This document shows, one piece after another, positions 46,401 through 53,927 of a stretch of DNA of 53,927 nucleotides. Each line of letters begins with the position of its first letter. Position 1 is the stretch's first letter. Source of the stretch: a virus (taxonomy: Duplodnaviria; Caudoviricetes). The stretch covers positions 1 to 53,927 of IMG/VR virus record IMGVR_UViG_3300032299_000709; one strand, 5' to 3'. A program made the position numbers and the translations under genes. Under the pieces are notes generated by a model, which was not told where the DNA came from, made no database searches, and saw only the letters and a program-made list of their open reading frames with translations.

Positions 46401-47377
46401 ACGACGACTTGCCCAAGGGCGCGCGTCTGGCTCGTGACTTTGCGCTGCCGTTCTTTAGTTACACATACAAGGTCGTGCCAGTGTTGGCACGTACAGCGCT
46501 TGAGCACCCAGAACGATACGCTGCCCCGGCCGTTGCGCTGTACACAATCAACGCGTTCATGTACGCAATGGCTGCCAGCCTTGGTGGTGGTGAGGACGAA
46601 GATTGGTGGACAGTCATTCGCCGATACGCAACCGATCCTGACTTTAGGGAAAAGGCGCGCGAGATGGAGAAGCAAGAACGGGCTAACCTGCCGCCTTGGA
46701 TGAAGGGCGCCAGCGCCACGTTGGCCACGCCAAAGGCTATCCGTCTTGGCATGGACGACGTGACCAACTTGCCCGTGTTCTTGGACGTAAGCCGGATCTT
46801 CCCGGGCGGCGACTTGCTAGATGCAAACGCCAACGCTGGCGGCATTCCTCTCTTGCAACCAATCACGCCAAGCAACCCAGTGCTCAACACTGTCGGCGCA
46901 ATGATCTGGAACAAGGACCCGTTCTTTGGCAAAGACATTGTTGACAAGAACGATACCAGCGCAGAGGCCGCAGCCAAACGCGGCAAGTGGTTGTGGCAGC
47001 AATTCTCGCCGGCCGTTGCCATCGGCAACTACCACTGGGACCGCGCGCTAAATGTAATTGCCAACGTGACTGGCCAAGACATTCTCGGTTACACCGGCAC
47101 AGGCAAAGACGGCCTGCCAGTACAACCCGGCTTTGCGGCAATGCAAACCGTAGGCATCAAGGCAAGGCCAATCGATTTGGAATTATCAGAACAGATCAAT
47201 AAATCGCAACAGGAAAAACTGATACGCGATCTTGAAGCTGAGATGCGCCAAATCAATAGGCTTGCTGGCAAAGGCGCCATCACTGAGAAGAACGCCGAAG
47301 CACAAATTGAACTTCAGCAGATCAAGAAGCAGCGTCTAAAGGAAGGTCTAACTGTTGAGGGTACGGAGCGGAAATAG
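43487..47377 (+). CDS. large polyvalent protein B: ASCH domain, unknown domain, C-terminal DNA-ejection-like region
   Basis: YADKIVDGQKTLETR...GKRVAI (ASCH); LRLDIP..QVGMDPFRHSYFYD; NPVSHANN, PFFSY. Confidence 0.8.
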   Translation: MATCTYTFTGADGKSIDIKGIPALKEFLLEGGLAQYLPARATALAEIGAEAPALSRREQTESIGINVNQDGENQYADKIVDGQKTLETRASDSLRPYVGKRVAIVRTGDGPAKAIGAVTIGEPIKVTTQKQFDQYRDQTLVPKDSKFDLTPGGVKYLYPVENPVRYATELDVGLGIVARKVIAPSLSRREQKNAAASRVSNVSSDRFKRTDELQQAVTDLQEGKITQDEYNAMVDDLRPVYPYEKVPALTTPSDAKYALANGRGQSPEKAAKYGLPSDTLAKGDFAQLRLDIPSYQEHDSWVVSVHTPKSTNREVQAAYDAGTVIGYESVASMTDVTFGMNQKAATKIAQGTSKGTIATMLGKWKPISNQAAKVRADAAIKDSAWTQVGMDPFRHSYFYDRDTMRPVLSADEVIQIGPLVLAKNATFSEDGTDITGAPIAFSAKQRELSEDAKQQQVFLQKKAEEAGYKTIVEFGDKDFDNFVLAASQWRQENPADMMFSNRQTEGWILSRDATGRFRFGAGAKAYRLVADVANNVLDKIGMKPVSPELSRALRKMKTEVEKAQNLTVDVAKNLKDLPEQERQMISDVIEGELKRGVKPPKRVLELAASMQSIMSEQTQELVRLGMLTPEAAGRWDGKYLPRFYESKIGDETKAWMKAAKSLMGRTRTMQGITGNSLKARGMFENVPVADVQDWLDEGWEVRDPTFDPLTSDVVTMWRDYTRRERDDMGEIRDAMFRFVMGYNKSQRDMALGRLYENLATSYASRVEKPGYVKVPATTIEDTANVRRYGKLGGKWVPKEVMDQLSTFDTSMQNDLLKMYLKGLSMWKEGKTVLNPVSHANNIISNLTMAHFAGVSYWDAGKYAGAVRDLVKGDPMVDEAKEAGLFGGTFNRSELMDQLPEQLKAMAQMTESKAGMAVDRVWNALSFFLRKPAGKAYEAEDLFFRYLIYRDARKRGVDVEDAVDWSQNFIFTYDDLPKGARLARDFALPFFSYTYKVVPVLARTALEHPERYAAPAVALYTINAFMYAMAASLGGGEDEDWWTVIRRYATDPDFREKAREMEKQERANLPPWMKGASATLATPKAIRLGMDDVTNLPVFLDVSRIFPGGDLLDANANAGGIPLLQPITPSNPVLNTVGAMIWNKDPFFGKDIVDKNDTSAEAAAKRGKWLWQQFSPAVAIGNYHWDRALNVIANVTGQDILGYTGTGKDGLPVQPGFAAMQTVGIKARPIDLELSEQINKSQQEKLIRDLEAEMRQINRLAGKGAITEKNAEAQIELQQIKKQRLKEGLTVEGTERK
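43646..44060 (+). repeat. 19-bp direct repeats flanking the ASCH domain
   Basis: CTTAGCCGACGCGA(A/G)CAAA at 43646-43664 and 44042-44060. Confidence 0.8.
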
Positions 47378-47573
47378 TTTTCTGCTCTCGAATCCAGATG
47401 GCAATACTAGCCGCCGTGTCTCCGGGCATGGCGGCTATTTTGTTTGCAATTTCATCAAGCGTATTGTCGCGTGCGTAATCGTTCAATTCGATAAGACAAC
47501 CAATGGCATCGGCTGCCAATTTGGGGTTGGCCAATACAAAGTCTTCACTCCAAATTTTTGTATCTTGTGTCAT
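47322..47573 (-). CDS. hypothetical protein
   Basis: TGATG coupling to polA; overlaps the end of the convergent gene. Confidence 0.6.
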   Translation of the reverse strand: MTQDTKIWSEDFVLANPKLAADAIGCLIELNDYARDNTLDEIANKIAAMPGDTAASIAIWIREQKTISAPYPQQLDLPLDAAS

Positions 47574-49588
47574 CAGTCAATCTCCTTCATGTAGTACTTG
47601 GTTTCAAAGCCGTCGCCTCGCAACGGCAAGCCGGGCGCCCATGCAATAGCTTCACCCATAATCTCTTCAGCCTCTGTTAACGAGCGGTCCTTCATCTCCA
47701 TGATGATCTCGTCGTGCACCGTGGCCAGCTGCGTGTAGCCTGCATCGTCCAGCGCCAGCATCGACTCGGCCAAACAATCACGGGCCACAGCCTGTGTGAT
47801 GTTCTCCACCAGCTTGCCGCCGTACGTAGACAAGCGCGTCCACTGCTTGGTCTTTTGGTCCTGACCTTCATACGTCAAGGACCCCGCTCTGGCCGCAATG
47901 AACTTGCCGCCGGCACTGGTCTCACGCACAAGGTCTTCGGCCTCAATGCGCGGCTTGACATAGAACAGCTTGCGCTTGCTTGGCAATTGGATCGTCAGGA
48001 ACCCTGACTCATAAGCAAACACCAACGACGCCTTCTTGCCTGCAAGCAAAAGCGTGACAGACTTCTTGCCCAGCACCGCTTCCTTGGCTGAGCGCTCGCA
48101 CGAATACCAAAGCTGAACAATCTCTGGGTTGGCTGCACGCCACGCATCTTTGATAGGCTCAAGCTCATCCTCTGTGAGCCCCATCTCCAGCGCGCCCATG
48201 GTCTTGAGTGCACCGGCTCCGCCTTGGTATCCCAAAGCCAGCTCAGATATCTTGCCCTTCTGGCGATACGGCGATTTCTTCGTGACGCTGCCAACCGGCA
48301 AGTTAAACATTTGCTCAGCCGACGCTTCGTAGATCTTGCCGTGTGTAGCGAACACATCAAGGCGCCACTGGCACCATGCCATCCAAGCAATCACACGGGC
48401 CTCAATGGCGCTAAAGTCAACGATGATGAACCTGCACCCTTCCCGCGCAACGAACGCAGTCCTGATGAGCTGTGACAGCGTGTCAGGCACATTGCCAAAC
48501 AGCATCTCAAGTGTTTCGTAATCGCGGGCCTTCAACAAGTTACGGGCCAAGTCAATGTCACGCAGTTTGTTTTGCGGTAGGTTCTGCACCTGCACCAAAC
48601 GACCAGCCCAACGGCCGGTGCGGTTTGCACCATAGAACTGGGTCAAACCTTTAACTGAGTCGTCTTTGTCGCACATGGCACGGGCCATCGCGTGGTACTT
48701 AGATACGCTTGTCTTGGCCATCTCTTGGCGCAGCTCCAGCACACGGCGCACCGTTGCGCTGTCCGTAGATTCAAGAACCTTTGGCACGCTCTTCTTGGTC
48801 AAGTCAACAATCGTGTCGTCATCCTCTTCGGTCTGCAACCAACTGAGCAATTGATCGCGTGAGTTGGGATTGTCTAAACCTGTGAGAGCAATAGCTTCCT
48901 TGGTCATCCGCTCTTTGAATATGCCGTCGCACTCGATGGCTGCGTTGACTAGCTCGCGGTCAACCATTACGCCTTTGTTCATCATGCGTTGGTCAAGATG
49001 CCACAACTTCCATTCCTGCTCGGGCACCGAAAACTTTGCGATCTTCATCGCAATCTCATCCTCTGAGTCAACGTCACGGGCACAGTACTCTTTGAACAGC
49101 GCCCACTTGTCTGGATCATGGAGAGGTAGGTTGCGCGTGCGGCCGCCGTTCTTCAATGTCGGTTTGCATGGCAGGCAGAAGTAGCGAATCAAAGCCCAGC
49201 CCGATGCCAGCTTTTGCTTGTCGTCTTCAAGGCCTAGCACTTTGCCTACATCACCAAGGCTGCCGGGCAGGCCAAGGTACAGCGCATGCACGCTGGTGCA
49301 ACGCCACTGGGTTACGTCCAGCTGGCGCCCAAAATGTTTGCTCAGGCAAGCGATCTCGAAGGCCGCGTTGTATGCGGTCTTGGTAATCGTAGGGTCGTCC
49401 AATGCTGCAACGATGTGCTCGGGCAACGCCTGCCCTTGGGCCAGATCGATGACGCACGCTTGGCCCGTGCCCCATTTAAATCCAAACAACATCACTTCAA
49501 AGTTGTCCGACTCAACGTACTTATGCACGCCGCACTTTTTCAAGTCGACATCGCTGTATGTCTCAAGGTCAATCCGTAAGGTTGTCAT
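47573..49588 (-). CDS. polA: DNA polymerase, family A, with 3'-5' exonuclease
   Basis: IDLET, AYNAAFE, YCARDV, RTGRWAG, DFSAIEARV, RQKGKISELALGY, TVHDE. Confidence 0.95.
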   Translation of the reverse strand: MTTLRIDLETYSDVDLKKCGVHKYVESDNFEVMLFGFKWGTGQACVIDLAQGQALPEHIVAALDDPTITKTAYNAAFEIACLSKHFGRQLDVTQWRCTSVHALYLGLPGSLGDVGKVLGLEDDKQKLASGWALIRYFCLPCKPTLKNGGRTRNLPLHDPDKWALFKEYCARDVDSEDEIAMKIAKFSVPEQEWKLWHLDQRMMNKGVMVDRELVNAAIECDGIFKERMTKEAIALTGLDNPNSRDQLLSWLQTEEDDDTIVDLTKKSVPKVLESTDSATVRRVLELRQEMAKTSVSKYHAMARAMCDKDDSVKGLTQFYGANRTGRWAGRLVQVQNLPQNKLRDIDLARNLLKARDYETLEMLFGNVPDTLSQLIRTAFVAREGCRFIIVDFSAIEARVIAWMAWCQWRLDVFATHGKIYEASAEQMFNLPVGSVTKKSPYRQKGKISELALGYQGGAGALKTMGALEMGLTEDELEPIKDAWRAANPEIVQLWYSCERSAKEAVLGKKSVTLLLAGKKASLVFAYESGFLTIQLPSKRKLFYVKPRIEAEDLVRETSAGGKFIAARAGSLTYEGQDQKTKQWTRLSTYGGKLVENITQAVARDCLAESMLALDDAGYTQLATVHDEIIMEMKDRSLTEAEEIMGEAIAWAPGLPLRGDGFETKYYMKEID

Positions 49589-49653
49589 CTAGTTGTTCCA
49601 GAAGTAATTGGATCAGGTGCTCGTAGCGGAGCACCAAGATCCAAAGCTCCTCG

Positions 49654-49854
49654 TTAGTTAGGGGCGTCTGCTGCGTCATCTGGTTTCGTTACCTTTTGCA
49701 ACTCGTCCATTTGAAACAGTGCTTGGCCGCGAATCTCCATGAAGAGATCCGCCACCTTCTCATGCGGCAGCTTTGCCAGAGCTTCCAACACCAGCTCAAC
49801 GCCGGCGGGAACCATCTTGATTGACAGGACTGGGGGTTTAGTTTGTTCGGTCAT
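49654..49854 (-). CDS. hypothetical protein
   Basis: ATGA overlap with the SSB gene; LEALAKLPHEKV. Confidence 0.7.
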   Translation of the reverse strand: MTEQTKPPVLSIKMVPAGVELVLEALAKLPHEKVADLFMEIRGQALFQMDELQKVTKPDDAADAPN

Positions 49855-50393
49855 GATAGGAAGTCATCCTCAATAGCCGTGAAGTCGTCGGCTGCATTAG
49901 ATGAACCGGCACCGCCCAGTGGCTCACCTTCTGCCAGCTTCTGCACGTTGTTCAAATAGAACTTGATGCCCTTGTTGCCGTCAACGTTGTAAGCCGCAGG
50001 CATGATGGACACACGACCGTAGCAGCCACTGTACAACTCTGACTTGTCGATGATGTCATTCATCTTCGCGTCAACCACGCTGGGCTTGTTGTATGTGTTG
50101 GCATTGACAAAGTAGTGGCCCTTGTACTCAGGGTACTTCTCGGTGTCACGCTCTGTGTCGCCGTCACGCAAAGGAGTCTTGAAGCTGGCCAAGAACTTGG
50201 AACCCCAGATGGCTACTGCCTTCGGGTCGGTCTTGAACTTCTCAACAGAACCGTTGATTTTGGCCAGCGTCTCTTTGTCTTTCTTGTCGACCAAGATCAT
50301 GATCGAGTAAGAATTCTTTTCATCAGGTGTGAAAACGTTCTTGGTGAAAGAGAGGCGAACTTTGCCGGTGATAACTTTGTAGTCGGTAGTCAT
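49851..50393 (-). CDS. ssDNA-binding protein (DUF2815)
   Basis: VRLSF, PLRDGD, LYSGCY, GNKGI..YLNNVQK..EGEPLGG, acidic tail. Confidence 0.9.
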   Translation of the reverse strand: MTTDYKVITGKVRLSFTKNVFTPDEKNSYSIMILVDKKDKETLAKINGSVEKFKTDPKAVAIWGSKFLASFKTPLRDGDTERDTEKYPEYKGHYFVNANTYNKPSVVDAKMNDIIDKSELYSGCYGRVSIMPAAYNVDGNKGIKFYLNNVQKLAEGEPLGGAGSSNAADDFTAIEDDFLS

Positions 50394-50402
50394 GTTTGTC
50401 CT

Positions 50403-51575
50403 TTAGACTGGTTTAGAAAAATCATCAAGTGCGGTTGCACGAAATGTGATTGCTGGCCTCTTGTCCCCTTCGGGTACCAGCGTTGGTTTGCCTTCGGGCT
50501 TGGTAATTAACTCACCCAGCACGTCAACAAATTTCTTTTTGCCAAGCGCCTTCTCCATGGCAGTGATGCCAAGCAGGCTGCGCTCGTATGCAATTTCGTC
50601 AGGAACCTCGGCGTCGCGCAGTGCTTTGGCCACGGCGTCTTGGTCGCTGTACTTGCGATTGCTCCGGCCCTCGACCAGCTTGTAGCCGGGAACCGTCGTA
50701 CCCTTTTCGGCCTGCTTGAGTGCGTGGGCCTTCAGGTCTGTGAACCAATCGATCACAGCGTCTGCGCTAGGCAGCAACTCGGCAATGCGGTCCAATGTCA
50801 ATGTGTCCACCGCCGGCGGCAAGGAACTGAACTCTTGTCTGGCCACAGCAAGCGCGCCCTCTGCGCGTGCAGGGCAAACGTATCTTGCTTTGCAAAAGCT
50901 GCTTGTGCAATGAGGCCCGGGGACAAACACACCCTCGCCAGCCCAAGCCAACTTGGCTGCCGGCACAACTGCCTCGTCGGCCCACTTGAGCAAGTCAGCT
51001 ATTGAAAGATCTTCGCTGCTGTAGTTGTTAAGGCGTGGCTGCAATACAGTCATGCGCACGTTTTGTATGTCATACAAATCGGACAACTCGTTGTATGCAC
51101 CGAGGCCATACAAACGCATCTGGCTGTTGTTCTTTGCGTCAACGTATATACCCTTGCCGTATTTCAAATCAAGCACCTCAACAAGGTCGTCAGTGATGAT
51201 CACAAAGTCACCTGTGCCAAAACCTTCTGGCACCCAGCGGCTAAAGTCAAGCCTGCGCTCAACATAAAACACTGGGTCCTTGCAACGTTCACGCGCAGCT
51301 TCGATGCGCTTGATGCAGTAGTCCACTGACTCACGCACGTAGTCGCGCAAAGCCGGGCTGTCAAAGTGCAGGAGCTCTGGCGGCAACGCCTCGACGGTAC
51401 GACCAAGGTAGGTCAACAACTCTTGCTCAAACACCGCATGGGCAAACGTACCTTCGCGGGCAAACTCGCTGCCCTCGTCCGGAAACGGCTCCTCCATACG
51501 CGCGCTTGGCGTGCAGGTCATCCACTTCTCACTGCCCGATGCGGACAGTTTGGCGTGTGCTAATTCGATGGTCAT
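50403..51575 (-). CDS. DUF2800 Cas4-like PD-(D/E)XK exonuclease
   Basis: HAKLSAS..W..C, EGT.AH, FGTGD, DLKYGKG, NSQMRLY, C...FC..R..C. Confidence 0.9.
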   Translation of the reverse strand: MTIELAHAKLSASGSEKWMTCTPSARMEEPFPDEGSEFAREGTFAHAVFEQELLTYLGRTVEALPPELLHFDSPALRDYVRESVDYCIKRIEAARERCKDPVFYVERRLDFSRWVPEGFGTGDFVIITDDLVEVLDLKYGKGIYVDAKNNSQMRLYGLGAYNELSDLYDIQNVRMTVLQPRLNNYSSEDLSIADLLKWADEAVVPAAKLAWAGEGVFVPGPHCTSSFCKARYVCPARAEGALAVARQEFSSLPPAVDTLTLDRIAELLPSADAVIDWFTDLKAHALKQAEKGTTVPGYKLVEGRSNRKYSDQDAVAKALRDAEVPDEIAYERSLLGITAMEKALGKKKFVDVLGELITKPEGKPTLVPEGDKRPAITFRATALDDFSKPV

Positions 51576-51808
51576 AGCTGGGCGCCCGGCAACAAGATGC
51601 GGCTTGGCTCTTTGACCGACTCCTCATCCGGCGTCTGTGCCCACTTGACCGATGCGGCCATGATGTTGGCCATGTTCTGCTGCAAGTACAAGCCGATGAT
51701 TTCAGCTGTGCTGAATATTTCTTTGTCCGCAGTGATCTCAGGCTCAACAGTGCCTTGCAGTTTGACTTCGTCGCCGTCGTCTTCAATGATGAGTGTTACT
51801 TTTGCCAT
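51572..51808 (-). CDS. hypothetical protein
   Basis: Coupled on both sides. Confidence 0.7.
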   Translation of the reverse strand: MAKVTLIIEDDGDEVKLQGTVEPEITADKEIFSTAEIIGLYLQQNMANIMAASVKWAQTPDEESVKEPSRILLPGAQL

Positions 51809-52446
51809 TACGTTTTCTCCTCTATGTCATAAAACCAATCGTCTCCGGCTGCCCACTTGCGCGTGCCGTCAACAGTCCACAGTCTTTGCGCTGCTTGGAA
51901 ATCCGGAAACTTCGTCTCAGCAGGAATCAATGACTGGTCGTACCACAGGCAACGGTTGTTTGGCTGTGCAGCAAACTGGCCGTTGTCTAGTTGGATAAAG
52001 TTAAAGCTCTTGTGCTCTTCAGCAGTCTCGGTGAAACCGGTGTCAAGTGACATCTCGTCAGCGCAGAAGTCGACAGTAAACATGTATCGACCGAAATGCC
52101 AATGCTTGTCTTTGCCCAAGAACTTTACGCCCAAGTTACGCAGTCCAATCTTCTCGACGATTGTGAAGCGGTAACCCATGCAGTCCCACAGTTGCAAAGC
52201 ATCGATGGGCAAGGTGGGCAGCGTCGATGTCTCGTCGTGCCAGACATACGCATGTATCGGGAGCTTGTCGTACAGCGCGCCGTACGCAGGCAACAAAGAC
52301 TCGATGCGAAACACTTGGCCACGCAAGGCTTTCAAGCTGACCCAAACGGCCGGCTCTAATTCACCGTGACCTTTGTGGTCGTTGTACAAAAACTCGCGCT
52401 TTACAAAGCATTTAATCGGTGGCAGTGATGCAATTATGTAGCTCAT
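51808..52446 (-). CDS. conserved phage hypothetical protein
   Basis: ATG at 52446 after AAGGA; GALYDKLPIHA, EHKSFN...NGQFAAQPNNR. Confidence 0.75.
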   Translation of the reverse strand: MSYIIASLPPIKCFVKREFLYNDHKGHGELEPAVWVSLKALRGQVFRIESLLPAYGALYDKLPIHAYVWHDETSTLPTLPIDALQLWDCMGYRFTIVEKIGLRNLGVKFLGKDKHWHFGRYMFTVDFCADEMSLDTGFTETAEEHKSFNFIQLDNGQFAAQPNNRCLWYDQSLIPAETKFPDFQAAQRLWTVDGTRKWAAGDDWFYDIEEKT

Positions 52447-52591
52447 CTTCTTCCTTTGTTTTGGGCGATGTGACTCGCTCCTCGGTTTTAAATACGTGTT
52501 CGTTTGCACACTTGCGGCGGCGTACGGTGACGTCTTTTCTATTCCGCGTGTCAAGCACGCTGGTCCAAGCATTGCAAATAGGGCACTTCAA
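52412..52591 (-). CDS. NrdR-N-like zinc-ribbon protein, 59 aa
   Basis: TTG start; MKCPICNAWTSVLDTR...RRRKCANEHVFKTEE; not in ORF track. Confidence 0.7.
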   Translation of the reverse strand: MKCPICNAWTSVLDTRNRKDVTVRRRKCANEHVFKTEERVTSPKTKEEDELHNCITATD

Positions 52592-52794
52592 AAACTACTC
52601 TCCTCATCTTTTCTAATCTTTACTATTGCATCTTGAAAACGATATTCACAACTGTGTTGGTCGGCAGCATGTTCGGTTAAGAACACCAGCCTACAGTCTG
52701 TGCAATACCACGCCGACCCTTGAGCAACAATCGTTGACTTGTTTTGATGGATCCCTTTGGTTCTTCCAAAGAAAGTTCTTATGCGTTTAAGCAT
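52588..52794 (-). CDS. small C2H2-like zinc-finger protein
   Basis: CTDCRLVFLTEHAADQHSC. Confidence 0.6.
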   Translation of the reverse strand: MLKRIRTFFGRTKGIHQNKSTIVAQGSAWYCTDCRLVFLTEHAADQHSCEYRFQDAIVKIRKDEESSF

Positions 52795-52987
52795 TGTGTT
52801 TCCTCCAACGTCTGCACAACTCTTTTGCTTCCTTGCTCTTTGGCTTTCGGTCGCACATGCCGCTAATGGATTTTTCTTTTGCTTGCGCTTGCAGTTGTGC
52901 CGGTGTCAGCGGCAGTGGCGTGTCAGGAAAGAGGCCGTTAAAACCCACCGTGCCCAACACTGCGCTGAGAATGATTTTGTCAATCAT
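52787..52987 (-). CDS. small protein with N-terminal hydrophobic segment
   Basis: ATG at 52987 after GGAG; MIDKIILSAVLGTVGF. Confidence 0.6.
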   Translation of the reverse strand: MIDKIILSAVLGTVGFNGLFPDTPLPLTPAQLQAQAKEKSISGMCDRKPKSKEAKELCRRWRKHNA

Positions 52988-53289
52988 GCGCTCTTCTCCA
53001 TCGGAGGCGTGCAAGTGTGAATGCCTTTCGTGCGCTTGCCGCAACGTGCGCAAAAGTTTCGCTCCATGCGCTCAGGATTGTTTTCCTCCGCGTGTTGCGC
53101 AAGCCGCTTCTCCAACCGGGCAATGCGCTCGTCGTTGTACTGGATGGCAGCGTGCGCAAATTCAGCCGCGGTCTCAGCCTCCAACTTGCGCAGGTATGCC
53201 TGTTGTAGCTCTACTTGAATCACCTCTGCGATAGTCTTTGACCTAAGAATATCTTTGATGTATTTGATTGTGGTTTCTCGAAAGCCCAT
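52984..53289 (-). CDS. hypothetical protein with C-terminal Zn-binding motif
   Basis: GGAGG SD; NFCARCGKR...IHTCTPP. Confidence 0.7.
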   Translation of the reverse strand: MGFRETTIKYIKDILRSKTIAEVIQVELQQAYLRKLEAETAAEFAHAAIQYNDERIARLEKRLAQHAEENNPERMERNFCARCGKRTKGIHTCTPPMEKSA

Positions 53290-53300
53290 AACCCCTCCGC

Positions 53301-53651
53301 TTAAGACTTGTCTATGTTGGCCAGCAACTCAGAGTAACGCTCGGGCGGCACAGCGCTCAGGTTAGCGCAGCCGACAGTCTCGAACAAGTCCTTGAGTGAC
53401 TTGCCCTTTTCTTTGTAGTCCACCAGCTTGGCGCGCACTTCCTCAAGCGTAATGGCCGAGGCAGCAGCGGGCGCTTCTGGCTCAACAACGGGGGCTGGCG
53501 CAGCTTTGGCTGCCTTGGGTTTCTTTGCTGGGGCTTCTTCTTTAATCGCTGGCTCATCGACCGCTGGCTCATTTTCTAAGAGCTTAGTCATAGCCCAAGC
53601 CAAGATCTTAACTTGGTCTGCGTTCTGGGGGTTGAATGTGATAGTAATCAT
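53301..53651 (-). CDS. hypothetical protein (A/P/K linker + ITLEEVRAKL C-terminal domain)
   Basis: AAAGGA SD; resembles the small genes usually upstream of DUF2800 clusters. Confidence 0.75.
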   Translation of the reverse strand: MITITFNPQNADQVKILAWAMTKLLENEPAVDEPAIKEEAPAKKPKAAKAAPAPVVEPEAPAAASAITLEEVRAKLVDYKEKGKSLKDLFETVGCANLSAVPPERYSELLANIDKS

Positions 53652-53682
53652 GCTTAGTCCTTTAGGTTGGTTTAGGGCAATC

Positions 53683-53765
53683 ATGATAGCACCGCTTTCA
53701 TTTTATTTGCAATGCACCCGCTAAAAATAAATCTGTTGCATGTTACATGTAAACAACGCTATCAT
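53683..53765. promoter_or_regulatory. divergent sigma70-like promoter pair with palindromic operator
   Basis: Left TTGCAA-18-TATCAT (53712-53683); right TTGCAT-18-TATCAT (53736-53765); TTACATGTAA palindrome at 53743-53752. Confidence 0.6.
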
Positions 53766-53773
53766 GGCAGCCC

Positions 53774-53927
53774 ATGACCACAAGTGAAATCATCAGCCGC
53801 TTCGGCGGCCCTGTCAACCTAGCTCACTACCTTGGCATTCGCTCTCAAGCTGTGTCATTGTGGGGCAGCAAAAATCGCATACCCATGGCACGCGTGCCTG
53901 AATTGGTACGTATCTCACGTCTACTGC
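53774..53927 (+). CDS. Cro/YdaS-like HTH regulator (truncated by window end)
   Basis: IISRFGGPVNLAHYLGIRSQAVSLW...RIP. Confidence 0.8.
   Translation, partial: MTTSEIISRFGGPVNLAHYLGIRSQAVSLWGSKNRIPMARVPELVRISRLL

Noticed and set aside
1-53927. tRNA/rRNA genes, integrase, att site, transposase
   Set aside because: None recognised by eye; tRNAscan-SE and HMM searches were not run.

Overview
The window is an almost complete, circularly permuted genome (~54 kb) of a podovirus-like dsDNA phage; a Cro/YdaS-like gene runs off the right end and appears to resume at base 1. Spanins indicate a Gram-negative host, and a freshwater betaproteobacterium is my inference. Modules: (1) rightward replication genes (primase-VirE helicase, iteron origin, VRR-NUC, SNF2 helicase, Q-like Zn-finger protein); (2) a leftward early operon (DUF932 plus small proteins) with a repeat-rich leader and two copies of a structured RNA element; (3) late genes: P22-like terminase, portal, scaffold, N4-gp56-type capsid, tail, tail fibres, holin/spanins, metallophosphoesterase, M15 endolysin; (4) internal/ejected virion proteins ending in two giant polyvalent proteins separated by a ferritin gene; (5) leftward DNA metabolism genes (PolA, DUF2815 SSB, DUF2800 nuclease). 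I saw no integrase, CI repressor, tRNA, CRISPR or DGR. The best candidate for a new system is the polyvalent locus (37087-47377). Its effector domains (HExxH peptidase, ART-like, glycosylase-like, GNAT, ASCH) are separated by a recurring S-x-[RK] linker, one domain is a repeat-flanked cassette, and small +1-frame genes (two with their own Shine-Dalgarno sites) are overprinted just ahead of the effector domains. Three late promoters also share a GTGCGCCC hairpin + terminator module. All family calls come from motif recognition by eye; no searches were run.
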